DNA of 59,028 bases, counting the filler, from Sphacelaria rigidula (taxonomy: Eukaryota), in NCBI GenBank assembly GCA_964200075.2. It is 10 parts of 10 records of this genome, joined end to end, with 100 filler letters (N's around TTAATTAATTAA, not from the genome) between each part and the next. Parts side by side here need not be neighbours in the genome. Positions count along the whole stretch, not along the records: positions 1 to 5,813 come from CAXNAA020024258.1; positions 5,914 to 11,726 come from CAXNAA020024259.1; positions 11,827 to 17,639 come from CAXNAA020024260.1; 7 more parts are not named here. One strand, 5' to 3'. Shown here piece after piece: positions 1-12,795 of the stretch. A program made the translations under genes and the position numbers. Positions within the stretch are counted from its first letter, which is position 1; each line of letters starts with the position of its first letter. Under the pieces are notes generated by a model. It did not search any database and was not told the origin of the DNA. It saw only the letters and a program-made list of their open reading frames with translations.

Positions 1-133
1 CGCCTACATATCCCGAAAGAGGTAGACTGGCGCCCAGAATAAATGGGACGACAACACACACAGTGGGACACGCCAGGTGCATTTTACACTGCACTAGCCA
101 TCAGATGCTACACGCCACGTGGGCAAGACCTAC

Positions 134-1975
134 CATACAGGACAAGATCTGGTCGGTTGCACTTCAGCTCCTCTGGCAGCACTCGCTGCAGCGCCGACAT
201 CAGCTCTTTGTCCCCGGCTCCTGCCGGGAAGCTCACGTCGATATCAGACTCCTGATCGAGGTACGGGTGGCGATTTCGCCCAATGCCACCGTCGTTGATA
301 TGCGGGGAACGTTTCTTTGTTTATTTGACACGAACAATACTTGTTCCGGAGGGGGTGCGTAAGATGACACTTGCCGAGACCGACGATATATCGATCACTG
401 CCAAATACATTTTTATATGCCAAATCGATATCACGAGGGCAACTAATACAGCAAACGTGTTGCTACCATATCCCGCTGTTTCGTATTCAGTGCATGTCGA
501 TGTCAACACTACAGCTGCTTTCTTCAGAGTTGTACAGTATGTCCTGCCCACATTCCTCCTCTGGACACCAAACAAAAGCGAGATAGTCACCGGTTTGTAG
601 GAAGGAAAGTTATCTTGGCAATGGAATGACACGGTGCGGACGGAAGGGTCATCTGCGAAGATCGTGGCGGTTCCATCTCCCTGGTGAACGTCGCAGTCTA
701 TCACCGTCACCTGTAATTGGCAGGAGCCAAGCACCGTGCATTCAGGAGTGTGTCGAGAAAAAACATCATGTGCCCGTCTGGGGAAAGAGAAGTGGTGCCT
801 TCGGTGGTATTTCATCAAAATTATGTTGCACTGTTCCTCGAGCCACCTACATCCAGCTGATTGTTGAGACATCGCATCGTCGTTGCACTGCCCGCGGCTT
901 GGATTCACCCTTGTGGCTCTACGGCGGCTTTACACATCCTGACCTTGCGTGCCGTGCCATCGGCCTGTGCGACCTTCGACGCCACCGCCAGATCGTTGAG
1001 TATTGTGTAGCTGTTGGCGTCAAGATCACGAGCACAGGCGGCGATATGGTGCGAGAGTGATGACCTTGTTGCAGATGGTAGTAACGCTGGGTCTAGGTGC
1101 CACTTCGGCGTGGACTGACATGCATGTTCTACAAAACAAGAGTTTCTTCGATGGAATCGGTCGAGGTGCGGCTGCCCCAGTGCAGCTGATATATACACGG
1201 ACGCCGCCGGGAATTGTCCACGCAAATGGACTTGACTCTCCGCGTTTCAAGTCTTGTGCTGAGTTCCATTCTACCGCTCCTACATACCACTCTACTGCGA
1301 TACTTGGGCTATCCTATGATCGACACAACAAGCGGTTGGAATCGCTGACCCACTGCCGAAGCCCTCGTGCGCGTGATGTGTGCCGCCGGCCAGATTGCAA
1401 GCGAGGCCAAAGCGAAGTGCAAGGCGTGCCGCTAGAACGGTCCCCGACGCTTCCAGCAGCGTGCGGTCAACGAGGGTCTCGCTGTATGGAAGGCCGATCC
1501 TGAAAATTATTCAGCGGTGCGCGTGAGAACAGAAACAATCAAGGTGATGAGATGTGAACCGTTTGTATGCGTCGCCTTCGAGCAACACTCGACACACCGC
1601 ACCTGTGAACTAACGTTTCAAACAATGGGTCCACGTACCGCGGATGGTCGGTCGAACAGTTGTCTCTTGCCACGTACACAGTCTGCTCACCTTCGCATGG
1701 CCTTTTCATCCAAACTCCCTGCTAGGAATGCGTGGTAGTACTCCGCGTCGTGCACGGCCTCGAACCAGTCGTGCGGCGGTCGGTCCATCGGGCGGAATGC
1801 TCCATCCATCACCACTGGTCCCGCGGCGCCAAGTGGACCGTCTTCTTCACCAAGCAGCTGCGCGAGGTCCGTGAATTTGGACATCGGAAAGCTGTGCGTT
1901 TCGGGCCATGGATACGCACTATATCGCTCGTGATACACCAACGGCGGATACTCGTCGTACACCTTTCCCCCAGTG
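134..1975 (-). CDS. Histone deacetylase family protein (HDAC11/class IV or AcuC-like), partial; exons about 1975-1691, 1499-1350, 1010-944, 710-591, 251-134
   Basis: GT-AG exons splice in frame to give PLVYHERYS..HSFPMSKF..HDAEYY / LACNLAGGTHHAHEGFGSG / YTILNDLAVA / VIDCDVHQGDGTA..SFHCQDNFP / SDIDVSF..PDLVLY. These are the HDAC His dyad and Zn-binding DxH motifs. The 3' end runs off the contig and the 5' start was not found. Confidence 0.93.
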
Positions 1976-2061
1976 CTTTGTGGGCAAAGACAGCGATACG
2001 GCAAAATAGAAAAGGGGTTTGCGGGTAACATAAGATGGTCAGTTTGTGAGTGTGTGCATAT

Positions 2062-2446
2062 GTGTGTGCTGTCATCCCATCCATTCTGACCGCCAGTCTA
2101 CAACTTTCGGTATATGTGGGCGCATCAGCGCATCAGTAGGGGTCACACAGGAGGAAGGTCAACACAAGAGTTGTTACTCTTCATAGTTTATCTGTCTAGT
2201 ACTTCACCTCCCTCCTGTAGTGCCTGTCTTATTTATTATCGCGAGAAGGGCTCAGCGGTCCCTTTCCCTCGTGGACCGTGAAGTCGAACTTTGTGTACCC
2301 ACGACATGGTCGTCGCTCTCCGCTGTTGGGCAGCATGTGAGAAAATCCAGGATAGTGTGACTTCACTTGAGATTCAAACCCCACGTCCCAACTGTCAGAG
2401 GGTTTCAAGTTTCGAGGTCACGAACTGAGTAACCGGAGCGACCGGC
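2062..2446 (-). mobile_element. tRNA-derived SINE-like dispersed repeat
   Basis: The minus-strand head has a degenerate A box (ttactcagttcgt) and B box (ggtttgaatct), and there is a (CA)-rich tail. The body (gtcatcccat..ggggtcacacaggaggaaggtcaacac..ccctttccctcgt..gtcgaa..tttgtgtacccacgacat) recurs at 5585-5813. Confidence 0.7.
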
Positions 2447-3902
2447 ATAATTTGTGCGCAACAAAAACTGGTAGCTACTGATGATGACACTTGGTATAAC
2501 CTCCCCCACTTTCACGTTCATTTTTTTTAATTGAACAACGGTAGTGTTTACTGTAAGCTCTCACGACCCAACGGTGCATCCGACCAACAAGGAAACATGA
2601 GCTACAACAGTACACGGCAATACATCACCACAACGGTGAGGACGCGTGTACTACGGCAATGGAAATTGCTGGGTGGTTTCTGCAGCTTCCCTTTTCTCCT
2701 GTTGATGTTGGGACACGCAGGAAAATCAAACAAGGAAGAGAACAACATATAACGCTGACGTTTTCGAATGAATGCATGGGTGAACACACAATGTCATAGA
2801 GATAACGGGGCAGCCAGGTAGCACACGGTATGTAGTAACAGGGTTGATCCAGCGACCCATGAAATTTGGTCATGAAGGTCGCTTTAAGTATAAGGTGTTT
2901 TCAGCTTGAGGAAGACCCGTGATCACAGCAAGTGCCTCAATGCTTTGTTGCGTTTTGGTACGTGATACGTACATTTACCATGAACAAGTACCTAGAAACA
3001 GCCTTTCGGTCATATAAAAATCCTGCCTTGGCATCATGTTCATGAGCACACTACAGCGCATCCACCACTCCACGACAAGTATATATAGGTACACCGAAAA
3101 GAGTAGTGCGCCGCCGTCAGTGAACTGCTCGGATCCGAAATCGTGGTGGGTCTGGAAGGTACTGTCGAAGATTTGATGAGGACAACAGTGAGTGCGCTAC
3201 ATGCAACAGCGCGGGATACACAACACTCGCTACGGTATACCAAGACACCCGGAGAGCGTAGACCGATGAGGCATCATTTCGTCTGTTTCTGTTCGTCGAA
3301 GCAACGATACGCGACACACAAAACGTTCAAAAGCTCTCACCCGCTAGCTGTTGAGCACCGAACTAACCAGGGATTACATTTCCCTTTTGCCATGGATGGT
3401 GAAAATGAGACACAAATACGTGTTTACGAGAGTAAGGCAATGAAAGCAGACGGTTGCAGGACTTCGAATGGCAAAATACCTAAAAGTTGCTGGTGCTCTG
3501 CAGCAGTGGTTTGCATTCCGTATGCGACACAGCATGCCACATGTACGTTAAATCCCACCCGGATCAAGAATCCCTTTGGGTGAAGAGCTTGCGACCATTT
3601 CCCGTGTCGTGCTCGTTCCTGCGGTCTTGTGCTGACGTACGTAAATGACATCCTGTGAATAACAACAACGAGTGACCGTCTTCGGGCCCCAAACACTGAC
3701 CACCTATGGGTTACGGTAACTCCGGTACTTCCCTTGCTTCATTGTTTCCAAGTTTTTGCGAGGGCAGGCGAATAGATCGTGGGCGATATTGTGCATAGCA
3801 AATACTTATTCAGTCGGCTTCGCGTGTATGGTGACACTATGCAGACAAAACTTCTACAGCGGATACGCCCAATCCCGACAGTTTTTTTCATCGTCGTTGT
3901 TG

Positions 3903-3957
3903 TCTCTATCGTCGCTATCGTCTCTATCGTCGCTATCGTCTCTATCGTCGCTATCGT
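3903..3957. repeat. Tandem repeat, 18-bp unit (tctctatcgtcgctatcg) x3
   Basis: Read directly from the sequence. Confidence 0.9.
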
Positions 3958-5564
3958 TTGTCGTGCTTCGTTCGCCACTCACAAGTTCGCCGATACGGAA
4001 AGGTAGGGGCAACTCAGCTCATCTGTCGACAGCTTGACAGAAGACGAATCACTTCACGACCCCCCCAGAAGGGGGTGTAATAGAGGACGTTTTATGCATC
4101 CCCCCCCAAAGCCCCCTGCCGGGTCACATTTTTCTCCACAGGACTTCGCCGGTACATCGTCTTGTGGAGAAACGAAGTTACGCAACGACAGCTCTGCGTT
4201 TTCCCGTGGCGTTGCCGTGCATACCCTTGCGTGCCATTGTGTGAGCCTCGCGGGAGATCGATATAACTACGATGGGCACACGAAATGAGGACTACCATCC
4301 CCTCCCTTTCCGTGAGATCTTGTGCTCTTGCCCAACATTGCGTGTTAAATGAAAACGTCCTTTTTGATGCAAAGTTTACCGGGGATTGCTTCGAGTTCCG
4401 TTGAGCTGTTCCGTGATTCTGTACTGTACGTACTATACTGTACGTGTCCATCAAAACCTCTCCTTGCGAACCTTGGAGCCAGATACATTTAGCTGACATC
4501 TGGCTGACATTTAGCTAGATTTTGGTCGAATCTCATAATCTTCTCGAGGCAGCAAAAAAACCAGCTATAGTATCAGCTTCACACCATGTCTTGCGTAGGA
4601 ACAAACATGTCTGAGGTGGGGCGCACTGCATGCCGTCTGTAGCGAGATACGTGACATCAAAGTTTTCGTACAAATGCCACATGATGGGTGTTGCAGCAGG
4701 TATTTTTCCTGGTGTGGGAACGGGAAAAATCGATAATGGAGGAAGAAATAACAGGCATAACATTTCTCTTATTCACATGGCGAAACAAATCCATGCTGAC
4801 TCTCTCATACACGGGTCTGGCCGTATAGTACCGTACCGTAGTTTTGGGCACAAAAGTTATGCTACCTGTATACCCTATATCCCCGACTGCCCTGGATGCC
4901 ACGCTTATCTCACGAAGGTTTTGACACGCATACAAAGGCTTTACTAGCTAGGCTAGTCGTGATGTTACTGGTACATCACTGGTGTAGCACAGTATATACA
5001 AATAAAGTGCTCGCCTTTCCCCACGAAGATGACTTACGTAGCTACCCAGCGTACATCATTGAGTGTTGAGTGTGATGACTGGTACATCATCGGCACGCTC
5101 TTCTCACTCCCTTCATACAAGTACTCAACAAGAAATGACCCATCTAAAAGCGTAACTAAACAAGGCGGATATTTTCGGGGGGCCCCATATTGGGAAATCC
5201 ATGCACCACCGCTACCCGCGGTCGAGAATGAGGAGAATGCCAAATCAATTTGGGAAAAACCTTATTCTTCCTACTTCTGCACTGGTATGCGGAAATGAAC
5301 GATCATTTAGATATCTCTGAGTTTGCCTCAACGTGAGCAGCCCAAAACCGAGGAGTCTTTGGTGTGCCAGTTATTCTGGTGGCGATCGGGGAGTGATTTT
5401 GCCGGCTGGAAAATGACTTTTGAGTCGCGGTGATCACTGGATAATGAATGCCGAGTCCCGCTGGCTTTTTGCAAGACCGGTTGTTACCGACCTGGCACTA
5501 TTGCAGTGGTACGGCCGCCATGCTAAGGAGGGCGGTTTACGAACAGTTCTGTACTGCCACTGTG

Positions 5565-5813
5565 TTGTGTTGTGTTGTGTGTGTTGTCATCCCATCTATT
5601 CTGGGCGCCGATCTACACCTTACGGTATATGTTGGCGCACCAGCCGGGGTCACACAGGAGGAAGGTCAACACAGGAGCTTTTTCTTTTTCATTTGTTTTT
5701 AATACCCCACCGTCCTTCTACGATGCATGCCTTCATTTTTTTGCGAGAGGGGTTTAGCAGTCCCTTTCCCTCGTCGACCGTCAGGTCGAATTTTGTGTAC
5801 CCACGACATAGTC
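5565..5813 (-). mobile_element. Second copy of the SINE-like repeat, truncated by the contig end
   Basis: Colinear similarity to 2062-2310, including the (TG)-rich end. Confidence 0.75.
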
Positions 5814-5913
5814 NNNNNNNNNNNNNNNNNNNNNNNNNNNNNNNNNNNNNNNNNNNNTTAATTAATTAANNNNNNNNNNNNNNNNNNNNNNNNNNNNNNN
5901 NNNNNNNNNNNNN
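5814..5913. other. Artificial contig linker N44-TTAATTAATTAA-N44. Others at 11727-11826, 17640-17739, 23553-23652, 29466-29565, 35379-35478, 41292-41391, 47205-47304 and 53117-53216
   Basis: An identical 100-bp spacer with stops in all six frames separates segments of 5813 or 5812 bp. Confidence 0.98.
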
Positions 5914-6011
5914 CTCGCCGTGATTGGGCAGGTCGCTCGAAGACATATTTTTTATCATTTCAGTAACACAGGGTCATTGCAAGTCATAATCCTAGTTTCT
6001 GGTTAAACCAT

Positions 6012-6799
6012 CTTTTATGGCAGTCATCAATCTCGATTTTTTCGAGCATCGGGAGAAAAAAATCGGGGAAAGCATTTCATGGACGCCGATTTGGACCAAA
6101 TCGCGAGCGAAAAAATCGGTGAGTCACGATTTCCTCCCGAGTTTTTTTAGGTGGCATCCGTGCATTGACTTACACTGGTGGGGTACGAGGCGTTTGATAA
6201 TTTGCAACGGCAGTAGGAGACAGTCTCGACAGCGCAGGGCGTGCCTGCCCTCCCCAGCTGCTGAAGCAGCTTCGCACGGGGTTTGAGAGGCGGATAATAA
6301 GTGCTGATGCCGTAACCTGCGCCGATGGTAATATTTTATGCTGCGCTGCGCTGCCATATGTATCGCTATAACGAATGCTACTGTACTCTCCTAGTCCGTT
6401 GTTGCTGTACTTGAGGGGTGGTGTACGGCACTGCCGTAATAAACTCGGCTCGCGCACCGTTTGTTCACTGTTCTCGCAATACCGACTGTGCCATCATCAT
6501 GTACTACCACACGACATTATTATGTACTGTACTGACTGAGTGTCCTGCACTGTATTACCCCAGGGTACCAAAGTACGACACTATACTCGAAGGATTGATT
6601 ACCGCCTGCCTGCTCTTCGGCTTCATCCACGTGTACGCAGTGCCACACTCATGCAGAAAATGACCGTTTTTGTTCAGAACGGTTTCACAAATCTGTCTGT
6701 ACCATAAAACGGCCCCCCCGATTTTGAGTCGCGAATTTGAGTTCCCCCGATTTCTTCAACATCACGGTCTCAAAATAATCGAGATTCGTTGCCATAAAA
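6012..6799. mobile_element. Degenerate inverted-repeat (MITE-like) element
   Basis: ttttatggcagtcatcaatctcgattttttcgag (about 6013) is an imperfect reverse complement of ctcaaaataatcgagattcgttgccataaaa (about 6768-6799). No TSD identified. Confidence 0.5.
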
Positions 6800-7710
6800 G
6801 TTGGTCACACAAGTGAGCTGGTGTGTTCTAGGTTGAACCAATAAAAGTCAAGAAAAAGTTGTATTCCGGATCGGACGGGCTGAGCGGTAGCGGTATGTCG
6901 AAGGGTGGAGAAGAAGGCCCTTTCAAGATGTACCAGACTGAGCAGGAAAAATGAGTTGTTGGGTGTACTCTGAGCATGAAGAGTGAGTTCCTTCAGAGAT
7001 ACCATCACAGATTTGCTGTCAAGTACGATGGAAGCGATGAAGAGACACAAGGATGGGAGCGGAAGGTATTTTCTGCACACACCCCCTTGCGTCTACTCTT
7101 CTTCACTTCCTTGTTTCGGTGTGATTTTCGGGCTAAATTGTGGCATAGGTTTTTGGTTAATAGTACTTACTTTAGTGGGACGACACAAAGTACAGTACAG
7201 ATGACCGAATAAAGGACTTTTTACAATCTGTTTTCGTCTCTCGGGCACTTCAACGCTTATGTCAACCCCGAGCTTGCTTCGGACACGGCACTCGACTTTC
7301 ACAAAAGCGGCTATATACCTTCATGGGAAACTAGAGCTCTAACTCCTTTACTAACATGACGGAGATAGGGTCCATACTAAAGGCTGAATCTTATGAAACC
7401 CCGAACGAAGTGTACAGCGACTGATGACGGTTTTTAGTGTGGACATCACGCCCTGGAGCACGAGCAATCGATCGGTACCCCCACCTTCACCTAGTTCGTT
7501 TCTCTATCTCGAGATATGGCGCACATGAAAAAATCAATATATTTCGTGCAGAGGCACTCAATGCACCAAACCTGGATTTCGTGTCTCAGTTTTTTATCTT
7601 CATAGTGAATTTGGTGTGGAGAATCTCTAGGACATGAAAAATGAAAACTGCAGCTTCTCGAGATTTTTTTTTCGTTTTCAGGCCGCCCCTCACAACAGAC
7701 GAGAATAATC

Positions 7711-8077
7711 TTGGTGCTTCTACGTCGTTTCACGTCCTACAAGAGAGCTAGGCGGAGCTTGACACTTCGGAATGACTTGCTCTACTCGTTGAGATGGTTC
7801 CACGATATCATCCCGTTCTCTGGTGGCTGCAGTTTTTATTTTGCCCAAACAAGAAATTTTGTCCAAGAACGGTCGAGAACGGTCAAACCTAAAGAAAAAA
7901 CTGCCATTTTCTCTGTCCTTCACCGTCTCTGGACAAAAATGCGTCTTTGCCCGAAATAGAAACTACGGTCCAAACAGGAAGATGTCCTGTAACCGCCTCA
8001 GCGAGTAGAGCAAGTTGTTCCAAGGCCTCAAACTCCGCCTAGCTCTCGTTTGGTGCGTAAAACGTAGAAGCACCAAA
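7711..8077. mobile_element. Foldback/MITE-like element with imperfect inverted arms of about 85 bp
   Basis: ttggtgcttctacgt..gagagctaggcggag..acttgctctactcgttgag pairs with ctcagcgagtagagcaagt..ctccgcctagctctc..acgtagaagcaccaa. Confidence 0.7.
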
Positions 8078-8589
8078 TAAGCACTTTTCCAGATTTTTTT
8101 GTCTGTTACAACGAACGTCCGCAGGAGCGTTAAAGGATGACTGAACGTTGTTCTCCGCGCTTATCCCAGTTTTCCAACTAAACGCTTAAATCGCGATGCG
8201 GGTAGTCCATCTGGATCACTCATATTTTTTTCACGTGAAATTTATGCCCATTCAGCAGGTGGCCTACCGTCGCCATCAAAGAGTTTAGGACCCCTCTTAA
8301 CGAAGGGGATTGCCCCTTTTTCAAAATCCCTTTTTTGAAAAACAACCGCTGGTTGGTCGCTGCAATACCCCCCCCCCCCCCAAAAAAAAAGAAGCTCAAC
8401 GTGCACACAGAAATCCCCTTTTTTGAGGGGATTCCTGGACACCTCGAAGGGGAACATATATATCCGGTTGACAGGGGCATATGCAAAGGCTCACCACACA
8501 ACCCAACACAATTAGAGCTGAGCCTGAGAAACTTGGTGGCCCTGCAAAACAAAAATACACAGTTCGACCCGAAGCTGCTCATCAGCTGT

Positions 8590-8970
8590 GCACGTTGTGC
8601 GTTACCTTGCTCAAATCTGTTCAAAATTCGTTGAGAAATGATGATTTGTGTGAGACGCGCGCACAGCACACGCTTACAAAACGGTCAGCAATGACATGTT
8701 CTCGGTTATTTTTGACACGAACGCGGCTGTGATTCGTCCAACACAGAACGGATTTCCGTCAGAGACTGCCGGGTGTAAATCAGCAAGGGCTATCGGTGAA
8801 ATTGATGCGCGTGAGTGGTAGGGTTATGCGCGTGTTTTTTCGGGGCTGGGTGTGCAGGTGTTGCGTTACCTTGTTGCGTCTTGTCTGTAGCATTACACAG
8901 ACCTTGGACCAAGCACCACATCCAGACCCGCTGCATTTCTGAACCTGCGTGCAGATCTGGGGTCGGATCT
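8590..8970 (+). repeat. Dispersed repeat family, copy 1 (others at about 11827-12225 and 20020-20350)
   Basis: The core cagcacacgcttacaaaacggtcagcaa..cagaacggat..cagacccgc..tgcgtg.agat.tggg is shared across three different contigs. Confidence 0.85.
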
Positions 8971-10671
8971 GAACAGAGCAACAATCGTCTCCACTTCCCA
9001 GCACCTGACTGACTGTACGGGTAGCAAAAACACTTGTCCCCCTTGCGTGCCGAGCTACGTTTTCGGAACAAGCCTCTGCCAGTGTCTCGATCACGCGAAG
9101 ACCGTTTCTCATGGTGAAAACTGATTTGGGCTGTTCATCGTTTTTTTCCTTTATTGTTGAAGTTTCCCCCGTCTTATCTTGACGTTGCGGGTTATACTGT
9201 ACGTCCACCCGCATACAGAACAAGTCCGATTTTACTCATGCTCCTCTGGGAATCTTCCAAAGCATCAGCGTGCCTCCACGTCGCTGCAGGATGTCCCCCT
9301 CACAGTCCTTCCCACTCGGCTACTCGCCCGTCTTCAAGTCGTCTTATACACGGTTCGATTTTTTTTTTGTTAACGCAGGTTCGCGCTAACATGACAAATA
9401 GTAACAAGGGAGAGGTGAGAGCAATGCGATGGAAGGCACACGACGCGGCACAGCTGGTGAAAGCATTGAGAGTTCGAAAAGTGAGCATTTGAGAGCGGCG
9501 GTTGTGCTCACCAGAGCCGTATTTGCATCCACGACAACCACTGTGCGACTGTAACACAAGTTAGTCGGATTAGGGGGAAATTAATGTGAAGCGCGCTGAC
9601 AGTGCGGGACATGAAACTTCGGCACCAATATGATGCGATTGGGTGATATTTCGTACCACGCCCTTGTTCCGATAATTTGGGGAGATTTTTTGCCCCTTAG
9701 AAATTTTTCTATCATGACGTTAAAACCTGACAAAATGCCGAAACTCTCCCACCATGAGGTACACCCGTTGGGGACAATGGGGCCACGGAGTATGCCTGTG
9801 CCCGTCCTCCGTGTGCGGCATTCTGCAGTGTGTATTTCCAGAACAAGCACTTTCCGCTTATCTCCTGCATGGTGGCTATTCAGGACAGGAACCTACCCGA
9901 TAAATAGGCATGAGGCGTCTGTGTCGCAGCTGCAATTCGGCACGACTCCCCATTCGAGTATCACGAAGCGCAAATGCTACAGTGGCTGGATATTTACCAC
10001 TCACCCACCACGTGGTCAAGAGAGAGAGAGGCCCGGTGCTGTGTCGACCTTGACATTTTTTGTATTTTTTTGCTTTGTCTCGCCAGGATTTGCTGGATTT
10101 GCACGCGGGGGAGAAGATGACCCAAGACGAGCGCATCAAGCTCACCGCGCACCGGGTGGGTCTCAACACACCGGAATTGTATGAAGCGGCTGGAAAGGGG
10201 GATGGAAACGCCGGGAGTACAACAGAGGCAACAGCAGACCAAGCACGAGAGAGGACAGGCACATAGCGTTCCTTCCCGTTGGAATACCACGTCCTGCTTT
10301 GTTTTCATATTCGGTCGGCCAAGTAGCATGGTGTAGGTTGGTGAGTTATTGATCCCGCGTTGTGGGGTGCAAGGAGCATTGTGCGTATGGGATGGGTTGT
10401 CGATAATGTAGGCTTGGACCGTCGCACCCGGTGTCAAACGTGTGCTAAATCGTGACTATAAATCGGTGATTCGGTTTTGCATATCTTGGGCGGGATTGAG
10501 TATAGCGCTCGGCAAGGATTTCGGGAACTGTAGCGTTGGGCTATTTGGGCAGGTGTTCGTACCAGCGAAACTATTATGATTACCACGATAATTATTTCCG
10601 CACATTAGCCCGATCTCTAGAACCCGTCGTCAAAGACGTATGCTAGTCTTCCCAGTACCCTCACTATCATT

Positions 10672-10991
10672 CCTGACATATAACAATGTTTTCGTGAGAT
10701 TGAGAGTAGAGGATACGATTGAGAGTGAAAATCGGTCAATTAGTGAATGAATCATTTCAGTTCCGAAATGCCCCTCCACGAGGCCCAATGTGCTTTCCGT
10801 AGTAGCTTGCCACTGAGGGCCTTGATATCCCTGGGTAGGATATCGACGTGTAGCTGTAAGCACACGCCAGTGATGGAGGCAAATAAAAGCACACGCGGAA
10901 TGAAAAAAATGGCCAAGTTCAAGCGAATTATCAACGTCACTCTCAATCAGCGCTCTACTCTCAATCTCACGAAAACGTTGTTATATGTAGG
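10672..10991. mobile_element. MITE-like element with TIRs of about 55 bp
   Basis: acatataacaatgttttcgtgagattgagagtagag..gattgagagtga pairs with tcactctcaatc..ctctactctcaatctcacgaaaacgttgttatatgt. Confidence 0.75.
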
Positions 10992-11826
10992 TTGTATAAA
11001 TACAGCAAATCTTCGGAGGTTACCAAGCCGTCCTACGGCGAGCGACAAGAAGGCTGCCAACACGTCGTATCCGGGATCTTGAACGATCACAGCCGCATGT
11101 TTACATAACTGCACCGCAAGGTGCTGTAACTGCATGTGTCGTGTAGCACACGACGTCCTCAGAGCAGAAGACAACACCAGCTGTTGACCTCCGCGTTGGT
11201 GGTTCAAGTCCGAGGCGAGGTGGCGTCCATTTCCGCTCGTCTCGGGCTCAAAACGTTAGGTCCGGAACAGTTCCAGTTGCACTCGATTCGTTTTCCTTCC
11301 CTGCACAAAGGGATCTTACTTCTAAAAGCCATGAGCAAGTGTCCTTCGTACTTTTTTGATGAGGTTAATCAGTCATGTCTTCGAATCTTACGCACCGCTT
11401 CGTACGTGCAATTTAAGCATATGCCCCCAATGGGGTCCCCGCGCAATAGGGTTCAGGACTACCGTACATATGCCCCCAATGAAAGCACAAACGGAACACG
11501 TGCACCGCGATCACAAACGGCCCGCGAAAACCTCGGACTGTGCCCGCTAAATATATTTCTTGTGACTGCAAGCTACAGAGAAAGGCAGGGCTACCGTATA
11601 GTTAGGAATTTCGTTTGATGAGACCTTGTCGGAGCGGAGTGCTACGTGGATTAGAAGACGAGCACTGAGTTGCCGATTACCACGATGTGTCGTAGTAGTG
11701 GGCCAGTTAACCGGAGTTGGGCTACANNNNNNNNNNNNNNNNNNNNNNNNNNNNNNNNNNNNNNNNNNNNTTAATTAATTAANNNNNNNNNNNNNNNNNN
11801 NNNNNNNNNNNNNNNNNNNNNNNNNN

Positions 11827-12225
11827 CGTTATGCGTGACCTTGCTCAAATCTGTTCAGAATTCATCGAGAAATGATGATTTGTGGTGAGACGCGCGTGCA
11901 GCACACGCTTACAAAACGGTCAGCAACGACACGTTTTCTGTTGTTTGTGACACGCATGCGGCCGCCATTCGCCCAATACAGAACGGATATCTGTCAAACA
12001 AACAGTGTGTTGTGTAGTTTAGCAAGGCCTAGCAGTGAAACTAATGCGCGTGAGTGATGGCTGTCTGTGCGTGTTTATTCGGGACTGGGTGTGTAGGTCT
12101 TGTGTTGCCTTGTTGTGCAACTGCAGCATTACACAGACCTTGGGCCTGCTTGGACTAACTACCACCTCCAGACCCGCCTCATTCCTCAAACTGCGTGCAG
12201 ATCTGGGTTCCAATTTGTGCAAAAC
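11827..12225 (+). repeat. Dispersed repeat family, copy 2
   Basis: Colinear with 8590-8970. Confidence 0.85.
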
Positions 12226-12450
12226 TGATTCGGGCCAATGTCGAGGCGGGGCAGACTGATTCGGGCCAATGTTCGCCACGTGCATCACTCACCATGACTA
12301 CATCTATGGGATCATGTTCCGTGTCTTGTGCCTCGAGTACCTGCCAGTAGTCCGGATAAGTTTGACGAGGCTTTAGATAATGTTGCTACTTTGGCTATAG
12401 GTTGTTGCTATCGTGCGCTCGTGTACATACATAAAAGTGAGCGTATCCGG

Positions 12451-12795
12451 TATCTGAGGTCATCGGGGCAGAGCGGGCGAGGAGCAGAGGCAAATATTCA
12501 AACCTCGCAAAGCCCACGAGACTTTCCGGTTCTTGTCAGGGGCACTTGATCGATTTCTTGCAACGAAGTTGACAGAAAAAATGAACAGGTATATGACAAT
12601 TTTCGAAAAAATGCCCTCCGGCATCTGATTTCATCGAGACAGAGCGGGCAAGGAGCAGAAGCGAATGTTCAAACCCCGCAAAGCCCACCAGACTTTTCGG
12701 CTTTTGTCAGTGTTTTATTGGTAATTTTCTTCCAACGAAGTTAACAGAAAGAAAAAAAAAATGAAGATAATTTTCGGGAAAATGCCCTCGGGGGG
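12451..12795. repeat. Diverged tandem duplication, unit of about 171 bp x2
   Basis: atctga..tcatcg..cagagcgggc.aggagcaga..caaagcccac..caacgaagtt.acagaaa..aaaatgccctc occurs twice in tandem. Confidence 0.85.

Larger units (their letters stand above)
6832..10266 (+). pseudogene. Unidentified 3' gene fragment; putative exons 6832-7065 (in-frame TGA at 6952), 9379-9480, 10087-10266
   Basis: Three AG/GT-bounded segments, all phase 0 and multiples of 3, read ..EFLQRYHHRFAVKYDGSDEETQGWERK / VRANMTNSNKGEVRAMRWKAHDAAQLVKALRVRK / DLLDLHAGEKMTQDERIKL..TGT*. The last two have strong polypyrimidine acceptors. No family recognised. Confidence 0.45.

Noticed and set aside
905..1225. HDAC apparently lacking the GGTHHA motif, suggesting a pseudoenzyme
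   Set aside because: This ORF reads through an intron. The motif is encoded in the exon at 1499-1350.
5858..5869. TTAATTAATTAA as a biological motif or piggyBac target
   Set aside because: It is part of the synthetic linker and is repeated identically nine times between N runs.
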